Below are positions 15,242 through 19,093 of a stretch of 19,093 nucleotides of DNA, one piece after another. Source of the DNA: a virus; the UHGV virus genome UHGV-0806601; one strand, given 5' to 3'. Position 1 is the first letter of the stretch, and each line of letters starts with the position of its first letter. The notes under the pieces were generated by a model, which saw nothing but the letters and a program-made list of their open reading frames with translations, did not search any database and was not told where the DNA came from. The position numbers and the translations under genes are program-made.

Positions 15242-17260
15242 ATGTCAGATTTTAAGCCCTTCGCAGTAGCTGTCAACAATAACGTGCTGGCCATGTCAGC
15301 AACTGGTCTGTTCATGACCAACATCGATAAAGATGCTCTGTGGGATCTGTATCTGTCTTCTTTCCCTGCTGGCACTAACCCGCTCTACCGTGAGCGTACC
15401 GAGCACGACTGCACCTGCTGTAAACAATTCATCCGTAACATCGGCGGTGTGGTCACCATCGACGCCGACCTGAACGTGATCTCTATCTGGGATAACATTC
15501 AGCTGGGTAACGAATACGACGTTGTCGCTGCGGCGCTGTCAGCGTATGTTAAGCAACACGCAATCGTCGACGTGTACTTCAACGACACCAAGAAAATTGG
15601 TGTTGAGTCGAATCACGAAATGAAAGACGGTATTGTCCGCACCTACAACCACTTCCACACCGACCTGCTGGGCAGCTATGTTCTGCGGGCAGATGCCATC
15701 GCTTCTAAGAAGGGTGAAATCCGCCAGGCGATTGAAGTGTTTGAGCGCGGCCTGCGTGAACTGTCTCTGGAATCGGCTGAAATCGTTCTGGAATTGATCG
15801 ACCAGAATTCTCTGTATCGCGGTGAAGAGCACAAAGCGGCAGTGCAGGCGTTCGTGGTGAACAAGACCATGTACGAACAAACTGCAGAAGAGAAACGCGC
15901 TCTGTGGGCTTGGCGCACTGGCTACCGTGCAAACGGTCATATCCCTCACGGCATTCGTAATACCGTGATTGGCTCTCTGCTGGTAGACCTCAATGAAGGC
16001 CGGGATTTGGAAACCGCCGTGAAGTCCTTTGAAGCCAAAGTCGCCCCGACGAACTACAAGCGCCCAACCGCGCTGGTCACGAAGTCTATGATTGAAAACG
16101 CGCAGAAAGAAGTCGAAGCGCTGGGTCTGACTGATTCACTGGGTCGCCGTTATGCCGTGTATGACGATCTGACCATCAACAACGTTCTGTTTGCCGACCT
16201 GGCAGCACAGAAGAAGATGGACCCGTTTGCTCAGCTGGCGTCTGAAGTGAAGACTCCGACCAAGTCCCTGGACAAGGTTGAAGAGATCACGATCGACGAT
16301 TTCCTGACCAACGTGTTGCCAAAGGCGCATTCCCTGGAAGTGCTGGTCGAAAACTCTCACATTGGCAACCTGATGTCCCTGATCGCTCCGGCTACCGCAG
16401 GCGCTCCTAACCTGTTCAAGTGGAACAACGGCTTCAGCTGGTCGTACAATGGCGAAGTGGCCGACTCTATCAAAGAGCGCGTGAAGACCGCAGGCGGCAA
16501 CGTCGACAGCTTCCTCCGTGTGTCGCTGGCGTGGCATAACAACGACGACCTGGATCTGAGCATGAACGATCCTCTTCACAACCACGTGTATTATCACAAC
16601 CGTCGTTCGGCAACTGGCGCAACCCTGGATATCGACATGAACGGTATGGACGGCATTGATCCCAACCGCCGCCCGGTGGAGAACATCTTCTTCAGCGATG
16701 AACGCAAGCTACGTGATGGTCTGTACGAGTTCTATGTCACTAACTTCAGCCAGCGTGAAACCTGTGATATGGGCTTCGAAATCGAAGTTGAATACAAAGG
16801 CCAGACCAAGCGTTTTTCGCATCCTGGTCTGAAGCACAAAGATCGCACTCTGGCTGTTGTGATTGATGTCCGCGCTGGTCAGGTGGTCAACATCAGTTCT
16901 ACCCTGAAGGACGACGCTCGCTCTCAGGAAATCTGGGGCATCAAGACCTCGGTCTTCCAGAAGGTACAGCTGGTTCTGAACTCACCAAACCATTGGGACG
17001 GTGAGCAGACTGGCAACAAGCACGTGTTCTTCATCCTGGAAGGTTGTGCTAACCCTGTCGGCACCCGTGGCTTCTATAACGAATATCTGAAGCCGGAACT
17101 TGATAAACACCGCAAGGTTTTTGAAATGTTAGGTGGTAAGATTAAAGTACAGCCAAGCACTGAGCAGCTGTCCGGTCTGGGCTTCTCTACCACCCAACGC
17201 AACCACGTGTTCGTGAAGGTGAGCGGTTCGTTCAACCGCACTGTGAAAGTTGTGTTCTAA
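15242..17260 (+). CDS. large hypothetical protein (672 aa)
   Basis: A long ORF with an AGGAAG ribosome-binding site and protein-like composition. Contains an H-D-C-T-C-C cluster near residue 55. No Walker A and no polymerase motifs seen. Confidence 0.6.
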   Translation: MSDFKPFAVAVNNNVLAMSATGLFMTNIDKDALWDLYLSSFPAGTNPLYRERTEHDCTCCKQFIRNIGGVVTIDADLNVISIWDNIQLGNEYDVVAAALSAYVKQHAIVDVYFNDTKKIGVESNHEMKDGIVRTYNHFHTDLLGSYVLRADAIASKKGEIRQAIEVFERGLRELSLESAEIVLELIDQNSLYRGEEHKAAVQAFVVNKTMYEQTAEEKRALWAWRTGYRANGHIPHGIRNTVIGSLLVDLNEGRDLETAVKSFEAKVAPTNYKRPTALVTKSMIENAQKEVEALGLTDSLGRRYAVYDDLTINNVLFADLAAQKKMDPFAQLASEVKTPTKSLDKVEEITIDDFLTNVLPKAHSLEVLVENSHIGNLMSLIAPATAGAPNLFKWNNGFSWSYNGEVADSIKERVKTAGGNVDSFLRVSLAWHNNDDLDLSMNDPLHNHVYYHNRRSATGATLDIDMNGMDGIDPNRRPVENIFFSDERKLRDGLYEFYVTNFSQRETCDMGFEIEVEYKGQTKRFSHPGLKHKDRTLAVVIDVRAGQVVNISSTLKDDARSQEIWGIKTSVFQKVQLVLNSPNHWDGEQTGNKHVFFILEGCANPVGTRGFYNEYLKPELDKHRKVFEMLGGKIKVQPSTEQLSGLGFSTTQRNHVFVKVSGSFNRTVKVVF

Positions 17261-17304
17261 ACCTGATTTGAAATTGTAACCCATTCATCATTGAGGATAG
17301 TAAA

Positions 17305-17677
17305 ATGTTTGATAAAGCAACCCGTCTGAAACTGCGCTTCGAGTCTAACAAAGGTCTGCTGTCTGTTGAGCAGGTTTGGGACCTGAGCCTGACCGCCCTG
17401 AACGAAATGGCGAAAGGTCTGAGCCGTCAGGTGAAAAGCAGCAGAAACCGATGAAGAAGATTTCATTGGCACCAAAAGCAACGTTGACTCCGAACTGCAG
17501 CTGCGCTTCGACGTTGTCAAGCACATCATCGGCGTTAAGCTGAAAGAACGTGACGACAGCAGAGACGCGGCAGAGCGTAAGGCGAACAACCAGATTATCC
17601 TGGAGCTGATCCAGCGTAAGAAACAGCAAGAGCTGGAAAGCAAATCTGTTGAAGAACTGGAAGCACTCCTGAAATAA
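17305..17677 (+). CDS. hypothetical protein (about 123 aa if joined), interrupted by a one-base frameshift at the A-run 17434-17437
   Basis: Frame 1 runs ATG 17305 to a stop at 17452-17454 (49 codons). The next frame is open from 17435 to the stop at 17675-17677 with no start codon of its own and protein-like sequence (..FIGTKSNVDSELQLRFDVVKHIIGVKLKERDD..). GAGGA ribosome-binding site. Translated by hand. Confidence 0.45.
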
Positions 17678-17701
17678 TCTGTCTGACCTCAGCCTGAGCA
17701 A

Positions 17702-17727
17702 CCCCGCCATGTGCGGGGTTTTCTTTT
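17702..17727 (+). terminator. rho-independent terminator
   Basis: CCCCGC (17702-17707), loop, GCGGGG (17713-17718), then TTTTCTTTT; nearly the same module as at 1211-1238. Confidence 0.6.
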
Positions 17728-17738
17728 GGACAAAGAAT

Positions 17739-18149
17739 ATGAAACCTGTTATATGTGATTACTGTGGCCTCCCAGCCGAATTCGTCGGTGGTGATGTTCT
17801 CTACCCTCATCGCCCTGACCTCCGCAATCTGAAGTTCTGGGTGTGCACTCCATGTGATGCCCGTGTCGGTTGCCATGCCCATGGCGACGGCAGACAACCT
17901 CTGGGAAGGATGGCGAATGCCGCTCTCCGTGCTGCTAAGCAGGAAGCCCATAGATCGTTTGACCCATTGTGGAAAAGCGGAGAGAGGAGCAGGAGCGACG
18001 CTTACAGTTGGCTGGCGCATAAGCTGGGGATAAAGAAGCGTGAGTGTCATATTGGCTTGTTCGATATCGACATGTGCCGTAAAGTAGTTGTTGTCTGTCA
18101 ACAATACGAGGCACATATCAATGTCAAAGGAAATACAAGAAGCGTTTGA
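17739..18149 (+). CDS. zinc-ribbon protein of unknown function
   Basis: CxxC (C6, C9) and CxxC (C36, C39) pairs in the N-terminal 40 aa. The track start at 17709 lies inside the terminator loop, so the ATG at 17739 is preferred. Confidence 0.5.
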   Translation: MKPVICDYCGLPAEFVGGDVLYPHRPDLRNLKFWVCTPCDARVGCHAHGDGRQPLGRMANAALRAAKQEAHRSFDPLWKSGERSRSDAYSWLAHKLGIKKRECHIGLFDIDMCRKVVVVCQQYEAHINVKGNTRSV

Positions 18150-18366
18150 GAATCTAACTCAGGCGCTCACCAACTGCAACCGTCTCAACTATTGCAACGA
18201 CCCATTGCAAAAGCTGAAGTCCCTGGTAGAATCAGAACTGGCTAAACTGGCCGAATACAACGCCATCCAAGAAGACGTGGCGTTCATGTCGGACACGGTC
18301 GTAGACACCCTTCCGCGCGAAGTGTTACAATGTCTTGGACCGCATCGCAAAGGTGGGTTTCCGTGA
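18121..18366 (+). CDS. hypothetical protein (81 aa)
   Basis: ATG at 18121 with GAGG upstream; overlaps the previous gene's 3' end by 29 nt. Confidence 0.35.
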   Translation: MSKEIQEAFENLTQALTNCNRLNYCNDPLQKLKSLVESELAKLAEYNAIQEDVAFMSDTVVDTLPREVLQCLGPHRKGGFP

Positions 18367-18434
18367 ACCACAAGACGCCAAACCCACCCCCGAAATTCTT
18401 ACATCCATCGTTGACTCGTTTAAGTGAGACCGCC

Positions 18435-18668
18435 ATGTCTAAAGAGATTATCTTTACCGGGGCGGCGCTTGACACCATGTATGCCCTGTACAATCGTGGT
18501 CCACTGAGCATTGGCGATATCCCGTCTAAGTCAGGTCTGGACTTCCTGTTGCGACATAAGCTGGTTGTGGCTGTGGTAGTCAGGGGTGAAACGCAATACG
18601 CCGGGTCGATGGCCATGGCTTCCCACTACAAACGTCAGACATGGAAGGGTGCTTCCTCCAAATCCTGA
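18435..18668 (+). CDS. hypothetical protein (77 aa)
   Basis: ATG at 18435; the upstream part of the track ORF has no ribosome-binding site and is Pro-rich and non-protein-like. Confidence 0.35.
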   Translation: MSKEIIFTGAALDTMYALYNRGPLSIGDIPSKSGLDFLLRHKLVVAVVVRGETQYAGSMAMASHYKRQTWKGASSKS

Positions 18669-18775
18669 TTTGTCAAAACCTTTTCAATATCAATAACGTC
18701 CAGTGAATTTGCTGGGCGTTTCAATTTGTGCATCACAGTATAATACGGCTGTACAATACACCATGAGGCTACATT

Positions 18776-19066
18776 ATGTTTCGTTTGAAATTGAACGACC
18801 AAGATGTGTTCTACAAACACTTCACCTTCCCAGGTGGTGAGGAACATATCAAGATCCAAAAGTCTGGTATCCCTATCGGCCACGTTCAGAACGTGGTGAT
18901 TGATGCTCACATCAAATCATCAGCCGACTTCATTGAGCTGGCGCTTCTGGTTAATGCCGTTCGTGGTCTGGGTAACGTGGACCGCCTGACGACATTCCAT
19001 GCATATATCCCGTACTTTCCATCTGCGCCAGCAGTTCTCGGTTACAGTACCAGCCATATTCGATGA
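18776..19066 (+). CDS. ORF resembling the N-terminal domain of ribose-phosphate pyrophosphokinase (PRPP synthetase-like), apparently truncated
   Basis: F.GGE..I.I...(30 aa)..ELALLVNAVRG....RLTTF.AYIPYF parallels the remembered Prs N-domain pattern F.DGE..V.I....ELL.M.DALRRASA.RITAVIPYFGYARQDR. The ORF stops after 96 codons, just before the window end. GAGG ribosome-binding site. Confidence 0.35.
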   Translation: MFRLKLNDQDVFYKHFTFPGGEEHIKIQKSGIPIGHVQNVVIDAHIKSSADFIELALLVNAVRGLGNVDRLTTFHAYIPYFPSAPAVLGYSTSHIR

Positions 19067-19093
19067 AAGTAATGTTATCGAAAGCAAATGGCA

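Noticed and set aside
16136-16597. 153-aa minus-strand ORF
   Set aside because: Antisense within the 672-aa gene; low-complexity Val/His-rich translation.
17257-17710. Two overlapping minus-strand ORFs (128 and 121 aa)
   Set aside because: Antisense to the frameshifted plus-strand gene 17305-17677, which has a GAGGA ribosome-binding site and protein-like sequence.
17595-18116. 173-aa minus-strand ORF
   Set aside because: Antisense to the zinc-ribbon gene and spanning the terminator; the plus-strand gene has the CxxC pairs.
18121-18460. Relationship between the two ORFs that both begin MSKEI
   Set aside because: Only the first five residues match; the rest is unrelated. Likely coincidence.

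Overview
This window reads as a segment of a T4-related myovirus genome, but with a gene order unlike T4 itself. Left to right: the 3' end of the major capsid gene (gp23-like, 5'-truncated by the window edge), a free-standing GIY-YIG homing endonuclease, a same-strand island of small ORFs of unknown function (about 2.2-4.8 kb), an Ala/Ser/Thr-rich protein, a divergent gene pair, then uvsY, a PD-(D/E)xK nuclease and the UvsW helicase. After an AT-rich intergenic region with tandem repeats comes the replication-accessory operon gp45 (sliding clamp), gp44, gp62 and regA. Where T4 carries DNA polymerase gene 43 after regA, this window instead has three large proteins of 290, 407 and 672 aa with no obvious T4 counterpart. 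This is the most interesting candidate for an undescribed system, possibly nucleotide or DNA modification, but that is inference from motifs and position only. Two genes (the gp45 clamp and a small gene at 17.3 kb) are interrupted by single-base frameshifts inside homopolymer runs, which more likely reflects sequencing error than biology. All calls rest on reading the six-frame translations and on recalled sequences of T4 proteins; no database search or computation was run. No tRNA, rRNA or CRISPR array was seen.
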